A stretch of 64,000 nt of DNA from Pelomyxa schiedti (Eukaryota; Protista; Evosea), in NCBI GenBank assembly GCA_020536535.1, contig JAHLWZ010000867.1:1-64000 (forward strand). Direction: 5' to 3'. The position numbers and the translations under genes were made by a program. Positions 1-14,860 of this stretch are shown here, piece by piece. The notes under the pieces were generated by a model. It worked only from the letters and a program-made list of their open reading frames with translations, was not told where the DNA came from and did no database searches. Position 1 is the first letter of the stretch. Each line of letters begins with the position of its first letter.

Positions 1-1
1 A

Positions 2-178
2 AGACAGAGATTCCAAGGGAGAGGGCCTCGGCTGGGCCAATGCTGGAGTTGCAACCAAACAGGGCACGGCTGGAAGTCATGCCCAGAACCATGCCCCATG
101 TGCAAGCAGAGGCCCACCCACCCCAAGTACCAGTGCCCTAGATGGGTGGCAGATCACCCAGTGGAGGCTCAAGAGTGA
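2..178 (+). CDS. 3' end of a double CCHC zinc-knuckle protein (Gag/nucleocapsid-like or host RNA-binding protein); truncated by the window edge
   Basis: Frame 2 reads RQRFQGRGPRLGQ-CWSCNQTGHGWKSC-PEP-CPMCKQRPTHPKYQC-PRWVADHPVEAQE*. This gives CX2CX4HX4C followed by CX2CX5HX4C. It is not in the ORF track. Confidence 0.75.
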   Translation, partial: RQRFQGRGPRLGQCWSCNQTGHGWKSCPEPCPMCKQRPTHPKYQCPRWVADHPVEAQE

Positions 179-1020
179 TAGGACTCTCGTTCCCATTTGA
201 GTTGTGTGTGTGATAGTGTCTTTCAAGAAGAATTATTTTTGTTATTATTCCTATTTACAATCTTTCTGTGGTACAACGGCGGGTGATTCAAGGAAAGGCC
301 ATTAGAATGAACACTCCGGCCGTGCCCGTGAATGGCGGCTCTGTCCCTAACTAAGTTTCCCGATGATTCTTGGAACTTGCTCTCTGACAGCCAAAAGCTG
401 GTGGTGCTGGATTTGTGACAGTTGAAGAAGAAAAACACTCTTCTTCGCCTAACAGATTGTTTAGGTGCCCAGCATTAGACTTTTCGAAGATTTTCACAAC
501 ACCTCGCAAACAATGGCAAATACCTGTTGTGTGACAGTTCAGGAAGATCGTTTGGGCATCTTCATAAACCACCTGCACTCCACAAGGTGGGCACCTCATC
601 AAACACAGCAACGGCAGGGACTCCCATCAGGAATTGGCTGAAATAAAAAAACACCAGACCGCTGAGACTGGGCGATGACACGAAAACGACAGCGTTCCGG
701 TGTTAGCGGTACGGATAGAAATAGAACTTTAGAAGATCAACATGATGGCCGCGAAGCTAATGCGCGGGAATGGAATCCACAGATTGATCACGTCGGCACC
801 GACATCAAGGATGGCGCCGAGACAGCAGCGAAATCCACGACGGCGTCGCCGAACGACGTTAGCCGCAGAACACCGCACCACCGCACGAGAAAAGTCGCGC
901 GCTCTTAAGCCGAACCAAAATTGTTTAATTGATTTCGATCATCAATGACGGCCCACGTCACGACCCACAGTAAGGTGGTAAAAGAGGTACCTATCCCAAC
1001 TTTGCCTGAAGTGGGGGGGA

Positions 1021-3727
1021 ATGGATAATTCGAAGTCACTCGAAACGTGGGCACACGAACAGCAGGAGTCTATGGACGCAATGAAGCCTTGGCGTTTCTG
1101 GAGAACAGTTTTTCGTAATGGACACGCGTCGGAAATGCTGAAGGCCTGCGTCGCCTGTTCCGCAGAATCCCCTCCTCTTGACCTCGGCAAGGAAACGTGG
1201 CAGTGGTTTCTGACGGCGGGACAAAGACTCCTACACACTATTGTTTCCTTAACAACAGCCTCGGCATCTAATACTCTTCCTCTCTCGAGCTGGATTGACG
1301 AGGCACAGAGGATTGTGGAGCATGACGCCCAAGGCGGGTGCCTTTCTCATGCTCCTGAGCTTATTGCCACTTTATATGATCCCAGTTTATATCAGATGGA
1401 CTGCATGAAGACTTGCCTCACAAAAGAGGCTTGCTTGCTCCTTTCTGTTGCACTTTATAGCATGGATATACAAGAGCTGCAAGCCATAATAGGTTTTTCT
1501 CTTCATGCCATCCCTGTATTGTAACCTCCATAGCTTCTTGTGGTCTACATCAGTTCTCCTTTCCCATTAAAGCAGATCAGGTTTTGCAGGTGTACTGCAC
1601 TCCATACAAGGATGAACCCAAAGTTCCATACTGGAGAATTTGTCCTGAGGACTGTAGTGAAATATCTTACAAAACCCAAGAATATAGAGACCTGGCAAGT
1701 AAGATCTTGGATCCTACTATACAGAAGGCCATTTATGCTATATGGGGTACTCGTTCTTTAAGAGGGTTGAAGGTTTGACCTAGACTAATTCTCTTTGGTA
1801 AAAAAAAAGGTCCTCCCTTGGATTGCTCCAGAAATATTCAGATCCTTGTGGAGGAAATAAATCTCCAGCAACATAGTTTAGCCACTACTGAGTCTTGTGG
1901 TACAATTAATCTAGACACTTGGGTCCTGCAAACGATACCATTTAGTATCTTTCTATCTAAGAGTTGTATCTATGGATTTTTTGTTTCTTCATTGTAACTT
2001 AGCCACCAGAGGAACTCTCGATAGACGAGATAATGAACGAGTTTGCTATCACTCCTCATTATATGGTCCTTCATATTTCGGAGGTGCATATTCCGCCACA
2101 CTGGGAGATATCCTGTTTCATTGCTACTTTTCAGTACTGTTTCATAATTCTTAAAGTACAACTCAAGTAAAAAGAAAACTGGCAGCAATTTCTCAAAAAA
2201 TGCCCTTATTTATCTCTGGGGTTAATGCCCTTCTTCTTTATAAGTGTGGCCTTCCCCTTACCCTTTTTAAGCATGTTCTAGTAAGTAGTTGCATTTGGAA
2301 ACGAATATTAAAGTTTTTAGGTTCCTATTGTGACTCCAACTGTAGCCTTTCAATTACTACAGTACTTTTTTGACTCGTCAGAGGAAGCACCTTCACTATT
2401 TGGCACATGTTCCTCAGGAATCACAGAACAAATGCTCCACCTTGCGGGTTTGCTGTATGGTCCATATTATCTTTTTCAAGCATTTTTAGCCTTGTGTGTT
2501 TTTCTTGTATCTTTGTCTACTAAGCATTATATAGAGCCAAAGCCTACTGCACAATGTTCACTTCATTACCAGATGTCATTATGTTCATACACAGTTCTTG
2601 GTACATGACGCAAAAGAAGTAGGCTGGCTGGGTTTCTTAATCAATTTTGATATTTCTCAAGGTACCACCCTGTGGGTGGGAGGGAACTAATGTTGAACCT
2701 GCAAACATTGCTACATCAAGCCAAATATCTTCATTGGAAAACAGACAAAGTGGTTTCACTTCCAATAAGTCTGGAAGACAATTACACCTGGCACATCTAA
2801 TAAAAAACCCCAGAAACGAACCTTATTGAGTGTGGCCAGCAAATGAATGAAGCGAATCTATGTTGCTTCTTGCCAATGTCAGATTCACTGGACATGTTTA
2901 TACCTTTCTCATTTACTGCTCCTCTGTGCACTGACGATCCAATGTTTCACAACCCTTTTGACGTGTGTCCAAGCCTCCTGATAAACAATAACTTTCTTTA
3001 GGGAGCATTTTCACAAGTTATTGCATGTTTGAAACCAGGGAAAACCTTTGCGTCACATGTTGTTGTGTCTTTGAGTAAACCGGGATCACTATTACTATCC
3101 AGAATTCATGCTTATGCTGGTTTTAAATCTGATAGAAGTATGAAAACATTATATCCATCCAAATCAGCACTCCACATAGAGTTACACTCCAGCGTTGTTC
3201 CATTTGAAAGTCTGAAGGAAATCAATTTGTCAACACTTTTGCAACTAAGAACGAGTTTTGTCAAGATGAGTGCTGATGCAAATGAAGATCCAGTTCACTT
3301 TGTCACACTGGCCAAAAATGGTACAACTTCAGGTCACAGTGATTTATCTAAAATTTGCATAAGACACAAGCAATGAAACTGTTCCACACTATCTTTTGCG
3401 TAAACTTCCACCTACTGTGTCCTTTTTTTGTCTCAACTATTCAAAGACCACATCGAAATTACTGCTCAACTTACGCAAAAGATAGTGTGGAACAGTTTCA
3501 TTGCTTGCCATTTTTCTTCCAAGTCATCTTGGGTCCCATATTGGCGCCTCTATGCCCCGCTGCTTGCTATTACACAGTAAAACCTGCCGAAAAACCTCAT
3601 ACTTTTGGTTAGAAGTCCCTATCTGGAGCTATCTAACCCACTTTAGTGGCACCACACCGGCTCTAAGGCAGGGTACCCACAATGTTGTTGACCAGACAGG
3701 AATTCCATGAGTATTTGGCATAGATAA
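1021..3727 (+). CDS. Multi-exon hypothetical protein
   Basis: Consecutive + strand ORF pieces (1021-1524, 1584-1778, 2330-2608, 3029-3376, 3501-3710) separated by short GT..AG segments. No family recognised; the 3' end is uncertain. Confidence 0.45.
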
Positions 3728-3872
3728 TAAGAAAAACCACCAGACCACGTTTTCGCCTCCCATGAAAATTCCGATCATTTTTACTCTCACTTGTTGTTGT
3801 CCGGGAAGTAGTGCTATTACAGGGACAGCACTTAATGTTCCCCGTAGCCAATGCATCCTGTTTTATTTTCGT

Positions 3873-5592
3873 ATGATGGCAACAACAGGCGTAGTCACAA
3901 CTGGGAGTGGCGGAGATCTGCGTGGTGGTGGTGTTGATACTACGAGTACGAGAGATAATGCACAGCCGTCCAGTGTCGAGAGATCTGTGGTTGGTTGTGT
4001 AGGAGTTGGTGACGTCGATGTGGAACCAGAAACTGGCACCCCGAGGGGAAGTGAACAGCAGACGGCCGATACAGAACATCTGCGTCAAAAACCTGCTGAA
4101 ATCTCGCTTGTAAACTCTCCAGGTCTGTTGCCTTTTCAAAATGAAACCGAGCCAACAAACAATTAACACAAGTTCCCCCGGAGCTGTGCGATTCTGATGA
4201 ATCGCAGCTCATCACAATACCTCCTGTGGGCATAAGAGGAGAAGAGTACGTCAGTCTTTTTCGCTGATTCCCTTTTTTGACTTACTGCAGTGCCGATACA
4301 TTTGCCTCGGAGACAAATTTTTGTTTGAGACAGCTGGCCAAGTTGTATTCAGACAAACACACTAGGGAAGAATACTACGCATCAGATGCATGTACAACCA
4401 TTCTTAGGGTATATCCCCTTCATAGATTTTGAGCATTACCATTGTACAGGGGATATTTCACTCTCAAGTTATTATGCACCTGCCAATCAAGAGGGTACAC
4501 TCACCCTGTAACTTTACCAGCTGTTGTAAACTAAGGCGTCTTCCTCCATATTTGACTCAAAAACCGCAACATTTCGATCAAACTACAAACACCTCTCCTC
4601 CACCCCAACGCTATACAAGAGATGTGGGAACTCAATGGCAAAGACAAAGAAATCCTCCAAAGAATCCTCCAATAAGCCATGCAAACAGTAATAACAGTCA
4701 TCCAGGAGATACTACTTCAAAACAGACGGACAGCAATACAAGTTTGTCAGAATCTTCGTGTTCACAACCTTCAGAAAACTTTCATACTGGGTTTCCCAAG
4801 TCATCACCCCAAGTAATCACACAGCACTCTTCACAGGGAGACAACTACAATGCCGAGACATTTAGTCAACCGAGTTCCGTCCATCACCCAGTACTACAGA
4901 CCTTAACAACACAAACTACCACTACCATAACAACGGTAACATCACACGCCAACATACCTGATCCTTCTTCGGCTTCTTTATGGCCATCGTTTTCTATCAG
5001 CCAGAATTACTTTGAGTCACAAACCAATTCAGGAACATGTGATAAGGAGGTACCACAGGGCATGCCAATTCCCCAAAGTCCAACAAAACATAATTCCGCT
5101 TATAATGAGAGTCTCTGCAGTCAGTCAAATGACTCACAGTCAAGTCAGACAATATCCACTCTAGTTGGAACAAAATCTAACTCTCTGGAAATGTGCGTAG
5201 CCACAACAACGTTTTGCATGCTTATCCTTTTCATTGACAGGTATGAAAAACTCTATGGAAGGTTACATGGGTTGAAACACTTTGATGCATGTCTTATCCA
5301 GAGACTTTTTACAGTAAACGAAATTTTTCTTGTAGACTCACCCCATCACCATTTCTTTTTTTGTTCACACTTGCCATGCAGCTTATCACAATGAATGGCG
5401 GTCAAGTTTCACCCAAGGTCTGTAGTAACTTCTCACTTTCCCTTTTGACCTCCTTCTGCAGTCCACCAAAAGTGCCTTGACCAACAAACTGCTCGCTTTC
5501 ATTGCACTGCGACCCCTTATACAGCCGGCTGTACTCCGCTCACAGCGTTCTGGCAGCAACAGCCAAAGTTGATTTCTACTGCTCAACGCTGA
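3873..5592 (+). CDS. Multi-exon hypothetical protein with a long Ser/Thr/Gln/Pro-rich disordered centre
   Basis: ATG at 3873 opens a GC-rich first exon (MMATTGVV...), followed by a long low-complexity exon within ORF 4429-5394. The boundaries, and the separation from the upstream gene, are uncertain. Confidence 0.4.
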
Positions 5593-5757
5593 CCCACACA
5601 GGCAGGGCTGTTTTGGTTATTTCTTGATCTGGCTTTATATGCACAACATCCCTTTTTATCAAATACCTGCACTCCGCACTTTCTTGTGCCCCAAAACAAA
5701 ATTCCACCGGTTCCTTCCTGGAACGTCGGGAAGCACAAGAACAAAAAAAAAACCACC

Positions 5758-6266
5758 ATGTACAGCAACCACCAGGCCCACCACGGGCCACACATAGCCA
5801 CGACATCAGCAACTACAACCCTGCTGTTCATTGCAGTCTGCTTCTGCACCGCCGTTTCCTGCTCCCTCACGACACAGCCAGCAGGCGCAGGTCACGGGCA
5901 CCACCCCCTCTCGTCGCCCCCCATCAACGCCAGCAGCATCAACGTGACGGCGTGCGCGGCGTCGGCGCCGTCGTGCGACCCGGCGGGGCTCGGCGACGAG
6001 TCGTGCGCGGCGGCGTGCAACACGACCGAGTGCGGGTACGACGGCGGCGACTGCGTGTGGTGCGCGGCCTACTGCTGCGTGTCGGCGGTCGGCGACGCGT
6101 TCTGCGACCCGCCGTGCGACGTGGGGGAGTGCTGGTGGGACGGCGGCGACTGCGACACGTGCGCCCCGGGGTGCTACCTCTACCTCCTCGCCGACGGCGT
6201 GTGCGACTCGGCCTGCAACGTGGCCGCATGCGACTACGACGGAGGCGATTGCGCCGACTGTGTGTA

Positions 6267-6353
<87 letters not shown>

Positions 6354-8406
6354 AACATTACGGCACAGCACATCACATTTGTAGACAATGTAAATGTAAG
6401 TGTGAGGGAGTTGTTGTGATTTGCGTTGCCGTACTGCATTGAAATAAGTTGGGGATATTGTTGTCTGTATCTCTAGTGACTTTCTCTCTCTCTAACTTGT
6501 AGAAAGATTGCGCATCTGGGTGCCTACTCTCACATGTGGGAGATGGTGTGTGCGACAAGGCTTGTCTCAATCCTTCCTGCAATTTTGATGGGGGCGACTG
6601 CTCAGGTTTTCTAACCTCAAATGGAGCTAGTCAACTCACCATTGGGTCTCCCCTTCCTCCCTCGCTACAGCTTCGTCCTCTGAAAGTGCGTAACTTGTTG
6701 CCATCTTGAGCCACATCTGGGTATAATGCTTATTCACTCTTCACAGAAGCGGCCTTGACTGCTATTTATGACGATATGGGGGGTTTAGACTGGCGGAATC
6801 AACTCAATTGGATGTCCACATCCGTCGTGTGCACTTGGTATGGAGTTCAGTGCTTAGGACATGCAGTCAATTCCCTGTAAGCTCTCCTTCATTTCGAAAT
6901 GCTTTTAACAAGCATACAGGGACCTCACACAGAATAGAGTTTCTGGTCAGTTCTCTAAAGCTTTTCTAAACTTCACTTACATACGAGTAATGTACACAAT
7001 TAAATACTTTGAGACTATGTAAACCTATTGCGAACAGACTCCTTCCTGATAATGACATATCTGGCCCTATTGAAATTCCTACTTCCGTTCAGAGCTTGGA
7101 TCTTTCCAGCAATGTTATAGCTGGTGCCATCCCAAACTCCATTTGTTTGGCTGGTTATCTCAGTGACCTCTCTCTAGCTGATAATAAGCTTACTAGGTTT
7201 GTTCCTGCCCTTATATTCTAGAAGAGTGATCGCATTCCATGTAGCATCCCCGAGTGCTTGGGGAAGCTTCGTTTTCTTGGCATATTAGATGTGTCACAGA
7301 ACAATATCAGTATGGGAATGCCCTCGTGGTTGGAAGGCACGATTGTAAATACACTATCTCTCTCTGATAACCCTGTATCTGGCGCACTTTCCGATGTTGA
7401 TTGGAGTACCATGACCTCATTGCGATCTCTTTCTCTGGCAAACACTTTGATAACTCCAGATGTTTCTCTGACCAAGTGGCCCAATGTTTGGATTCGTTTT
7501 TACCTTTCGATTAGCTCACAACCACCTTAAGACTTTATCAGTGCTCGACCTCAGTGGTAGTAACATCAGCATGAATTTCAACGATCTTCTAGATTCTCTT
7601 CCCTCAAGCATTCAAGAACTCTGTATGTCTCTGCTGTTCTCAACCATGCACGCCTAATTGCACTTTAGATTTAAGGAAGACAAATGTTTCGGGGGAAATA
7701 ACCGCAGCTACCGTGAGTGGACTCCAAAGCATTCCAACACTGGATTTATATGGAAACCTTTTGACAGGGGCAATACCTCCAGACCTTGGGGGTATTGCCT
7801 TTGAGTACCTCGATCTAAGCTACAACTCCCTAACCGGAATTGGTGAGAAGACTCCTAATTTGCGGCAGGGTTAACCTCATCACAGTTCCAAATTTGACAG
7901 TGTCAACATATTTGGGGCTTCAAGGAAACCACTTTGATTGTCCCCTTCCTAAACTCGAAGGTAAAACCCAAGATTTCTTATTGTGTGTCTTACCATGGCT
8001 GCAGAGGAATGGATGAACCCCGTGGTTTGCTATTGTACAGAGGGGTGGGGAACAAGCTCTAAATATGAGTACTGCTCCAAATGTCCCGCTGGGACTTACT
8101 CGTATCAGAGTGCATGTCTCGACTGCCCAGAAGATTTGTAATTCCTCGCTTTCTCCTCTTGTTTCTCTCACGTGTTCAAAACACAGCATAAGTGCGGAAG
8201 GAAGCACAGAATGCACCCACTGTCCAACACTCAAGTCATCCACAAACCACATTGAGTGCACTGGCATTGGGGTGGTGGGAGTTTCAGTGATTGTACTTGT
8301 AGGAGTTGCCCTTATGGTCGCAGTAATAGTCAGTGCGGGGTGCATCTACACCCATTTGAAAGTCAAAGCGGTGACAGAGAACCTCGTGCCCCTCATTAAC
8401 GAGTGA
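5758..8406 (+). CDS. Type I membrane receptor-like protein: signal peptide, 4 LNR (Lin-12/Notch) repeats, LRRNT plus plant-type LRRs, Cys-rich repeat, TM, short tail
   Basis: Signal segment LLFIAVCFCTAVSC. LNR motifs GDESCAAACNTTECGYDGGDC, GDAFCDPPCDVGECWWDGGDC, ADGVCDSACNVAACDYDGGDC and (exon ~6503-6605) GDGVCDKACLNPSCNFDGGDC. LRRNT ...NWMSTSVVCTWYGVQC. LRRs LDLSSNVIAGAIP, LDLYGNLLTGAIP. Cys-rich CPAGTYS. TM IGVVGVSVIVLVGVALMVAVIV. Confidence 0.85.
6269..6351. repeat. (CT)n microsatellite in an intron
   Basis: About 41 perfect TC units inside the intron after the third LNR repeat. Confidence 0.97.
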
Positions 8407-8587
8407 GGGGTGTTTGTTTGTATGTTATGACAAACTAAGCTAACAAATTTACATAACCGAAACAAATTGACATGCCGGGGTTTTACAACACGATCAAAAG
8501 GCGAGACACATCACCGGCTTCCAAGTATTTACTTTTGTTTTACAACATAACATAAAAGCCAAAAAAAAACCAACAAACAAACGGGTG

Positions 8588-11390
8588 ATGAACGATCCGA
8601 ACGACGAAGGGGTTGAGGGGGGTGGTAATGAGCCAGATCTGACGCAACAAGCACAGGCACCACCTCCGCCTCCGCCAAGACATGGAGGACACCATAAGGG
8701 AAAATCCAAGCACGGTGGCGGTTCCTCTCACTCGTCGACGCACCACAGCAGCGGCGGCAGCGCGAAAAAGCCTTCTTCGGCGTCGTCTTCGTCACACCAT
8801 CACCACAACAACGACAAGCCGCTGCCGCAGCCGCCGGGGGCGACGCCGCCGGCGTCCACCCCGCCTCCAGTCCCACCAGCGCGCGAAGTGGTGGCCGTAG
8901 TGGATGATGGAGGAGAGCAGGAAGAAGAAGTCGAGAACCCTGAGGGCGAGCAGGAGCTGCAAGAAGAAGAAGCCGAACCAGAACCGGAGGAGGCCGACGA
9001 AGAAAAAGAGGAGACGGCGGAAGGCGAGCCGGAGGGTTTGGTATCGAATCCCTCAGACCCCAACATGGTGGCACCTACAGCCACTGCCACTGCCACTGCC
9101 ACTGGCAGTGCCCCAAAGGCTCATCACTCGTCATCGCGACATCATGGGGATAAGAAAGCCAAGGGTTCTGATAAGTCAGCTGACAAAAAAGACACTGCTA
9201 AGAAGAGCAGTTCAAAGAAAGATGGAAGCACACGGAAGGGTGCTGATAAAAAAGATGGCACGGGGGACAAGAAGGATGGTACAGTGGACAAGAAAGAGGG
9301 GGACAAAAAGGAGGGACACTCGTCAGCACACCATTCTTCTCATCACAAAGAAAAAGCAAAAGAAAAGACCTCTGCAGATCCGACCAATGCAGGGGCACTT
9401 CCTACAGGAAGTCTAAGCACAAAAGCTGACAGTTCCACTGGAGAGGTTAAACCACACAAAACCACTCACCACCACGATCACGGAACAGCCCATGACCACG
9501 GCCCATCCCACGGTCACCACTCTTCAGCTGCGAAATCTTCTGCTGCATCCCCTGGCAACCCTCTTCCAGCAACCCCACCTAGGTTACCCACTGTCCCATG
9601 TACAAATCCGGATGAAGCCGCAGACGAAGAGACGAAAATAGAGGCGCAAGATGAACAACCAGGATCAGAAAATGAAGATCACACTACCCCGGTTGTTGAT
9701 ACCCAAACTGCAGTTGATTCAGATAACGAACCTGATGCACCGGACTATGATGCTCCCACGTTTCCGGATGATGAAGATACTCCTGACAAGGAAGAACCAA
9801 CTGCTTCACCTGCACAGGTAACACCAGTGAGTGGAATTCCGTTTTCCACCATGCCTACTACAACAAGTAAACCTGCTGGTAAAGATGAGCTTCCCGAAGG
9901 GGTAATCCTCTTCAAATTATTTCTTCATATTTAACCGTTACAACCAGTTCAAATTCTGTGGGTGGTTAAAAAAGCAAGCAAGTACTGGCGGTTTCTGGCA
10001 AAAGAGGTGGTTTGTTTTGAAGGATTTTACAAAAGAGTGCATTCTCCAATACTTCAAGTCCAAAACAGTGTGCCACTTTACGTTTTTAACATTGAGGAAA
10101 TACCTTGTAACGCACAAAGGACAAAGAAGCTGCGTATGAGATTGACCTTGCTCAGTATTCTACTGCGGTTAAAGCAACTGATGGAGGCAAACAGCATTGC
10201 TTCAAAATATTTAATGCAAATGACCTAAGTATGAGGCCATACTTCTTGCTTGCTGAGAATGAAGACCAACTAAATAAGTGGCTTTCGCAGTTGAAGGAAG
10301 TTTTTGATGTATGTGTGCTCGAAGTTATTCCTAATTGCTTACTTTGTTTAGTCCGATATTCACAAAAAGCTGCATGTAAAATTCCAACATATGAGAGGAA
10401 ATGTGGCCATTGACGGCCCAATGGTATCTTCTCTTTTCCCTTTCTCTTGATTTAAGGCTTTTTTTTTTTTCTTGACTGTTTTGTTCCTAATTACCTTCAA
10501 GGAAGGTTCCAATACTGGAAATGATAAGGAATTTCTGGTATCAGGCTGGCTAATCAAACTTGGCGGAGCCAAAGGTGGTGCTAAAAATTGGAAAAAACGA
10601 TGGTTCTGCAATACCGCAGAAGATGTATGGACTAAACCACCGTTTTTTTCCCTCTAATTAACTCACCACCCCAGCTGTTTACACTGTCTTACCACACATC
10701 CCCAAATGCTACAAAGAAGACATTGAAGGCACTATAAACTTAATGCTATTAATTGTACCTTACAAGCAAGTAGGGAACAATAGATTTAAGAGAAGTGGAA
10801 GGCCAAGTTCAGGTTGCCAAAAATCCAGGGAAAATCAACCTAACGTTGGTGACACCAACACGTGAGTGGACCATGGTTGCAGAGGGGGAAACCTCTATTG
10901 AATACTGGCCTCCCAAGTTGTAGCTGAATATTTTTTCTACCCACTAAACGTCTGCAGATTGAATCGTTTACTCGATCTTCTTAAGGAGAGGCGTGGAGTG
11001 GCTATAACTAGTACAAAACCCTCCGGATTCCCGACTGGGTCACCCATTGCCACTGTGCCTCTATACACTTCCCCCGTTGTAACTACAACCACTGCCCTGC
11101 CCACATCTCCACTTACAACAAAGTCACCTGCCACATCTGCCCCACCCTCTTCCACACCGGCATCCATTGCCAATGACGGATGGAAAGAGTGTGTTGACGC
11201 CACAACTGGCCGCAAGTACTATTGGAATAAACTGACCCGAGTCACGCAGTGGCACCCACCCCCATGCTTTGCCAAACCAGGAGAGGTTGCAGAAGAGGAG
11301 AAAAGTGACTCTGCATCTGGTACCGAGTCAGACTCCGGTGATGATAACTGTGATGAATCAACGGTACATACCCTTCCCAATCCAACATAA
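8588..11390 (+). CDS. PH-PH-WW adaptor protein with a long disordered N-terminus
   Basis: PH1: CGWLKKQASTGGFWQKRWFVL...YFLLAENEDQLNKWLSQL. PH2: SGWLIKLGGAKGGAKNWKKRWF...REWTMVAEGETSIEYW. WW: GWKECVDATTGRKYYWNKLTRVTQWHPP. Confidence 0.85.
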
Positions 11391-11698
11391 AACGCCGCAC
11401 CCCAAATGCATACAATAACACTAATGGGGAAAAGCCTCTGGCACCAGGGTGGAAAGAAGTGTGTGACTCGACTGGAAGGAAGTACTATTACAATCCATCC
11501 ACTAAAGTGACTCAATGGAAAAGACCCACAGCCTCCTAGAAACCCCACTGTGATGTGATAACTGTAAACAATTTTGAGACACAATTTCTTCCTCAAACCA
11601 CCGAAACACAACACAGAAGGATGCATCCTGCCCAATAGAACCTTTAGAAAAAAGAAAATAGAAATTTTGAAAGACGAAAAAGCAAAAAAAAAAAAACG

Positions 11699-13856
<2,158 letters not shown>

Positions 13857-13935
13857 GAGGTTCACAAAAAAAAAAAATCAAAAGAGTCTTTTTACAACAA
13901 GTAACACAATTTGATTGTTTGCTGCGCAACAACCC

Positions 13936-14748
13936 TCACAAGTACCAAAGGCAGAAGCATGTACTAAAAAGCACCCAGAAGCAAACCCCAAAAAATACTC
14001 CCGCGCCAAGTAGGCCTTTTGCTTTCTTTGTTGACTGCCGTGCTGCATTGTAATCTGTGCAAGTATAAGAATGTAGGATTTGTATTTTCGGAAAAAAAAA
14101 TCATTCATACCATTCCGTAATTTGTGATTTTTACTGTCGTTTGTGTAGTATAAACCCAGGATACCCAACGGCAGACAACAACAGAGCATTACAAAGATCT
14201 GTTTGGTTGTCAGTGAACAGTATACAAACAACTTTCGGGAGTTTTACCCCCAAAACAGTGTAGTCAGGAATATCCTCTACCCTAAACAACAAAAACCAGA
14301 GTCAGTTTGACAGAAGGATATCCCCCCGTCCCTAAGAGATATACAAGGTACACAAGGGGAAAAAAAACCCCCAAACCCCACCGCACCTCTCAATCTCGCG
14401 AGGAGGAGCTCTAGGGGTCAACACATCAACAATAAACGGGGGAGGGGGCGCCGGGTAGCCCAGCCCTGTGGCCGCCCCCTCCGGCCCCGCCCAGCCCTCG
14501 TAGTACACGAGCGGCGGGGGGTCCCTCGGCGCCTCGTACGTGGTGGTGTAAGTCGAGGCCGCAGGGGCCGCCCCCATGCCCCCCGCTCCCGCTCCCACTC
14601 CCACTCCCACTCCTACTGCCCCCACCGCCGGCCCCACGGGCACAACCACGTACGAGGCTGCTCCTGCCGTGCTGCCGCTGTTGAGGTCGGTGTTCTCGAC
14701 CGCATCGGGGTACATCTGTACCAGGGGCACAGAGTCTTCGTCCGACAT
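13936..14748 (-). CDS. CD225/dispanin (IFITM/PRRT-like) membrane protein
   Basis: Pro/Tyr-rich N-terminus, then IFVMLCCCLPLGILGLYY. The spliced last exon reads DYNAARQSTKKAKGLLGAGVFFGVCFWVLF...YL*, which fits the CD225 layout. Confidence 0.8.
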
Positions 14749-14860
14749 CCGCAACGGGCCGAAAAACGCAACGAACAGTTAAGATTTATTGGTTGTGATT
14801 CCTTCTGCTAATATCCTGTTGTGAACGGTGATGCGCGACAGCACAGCGTCATCATTTGTC

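Noticed and set aside
223-611. Short Cys-containing minus-strand ORFs
   Set aside because: I could not build a coherent spliced model or recognise a domain.
5939-6442. Arg-rich and (SL)n/(RE)n ORFs
   Set aside because: These are shadow frames of the GC-rich LNR exon and the CT microsatellite.
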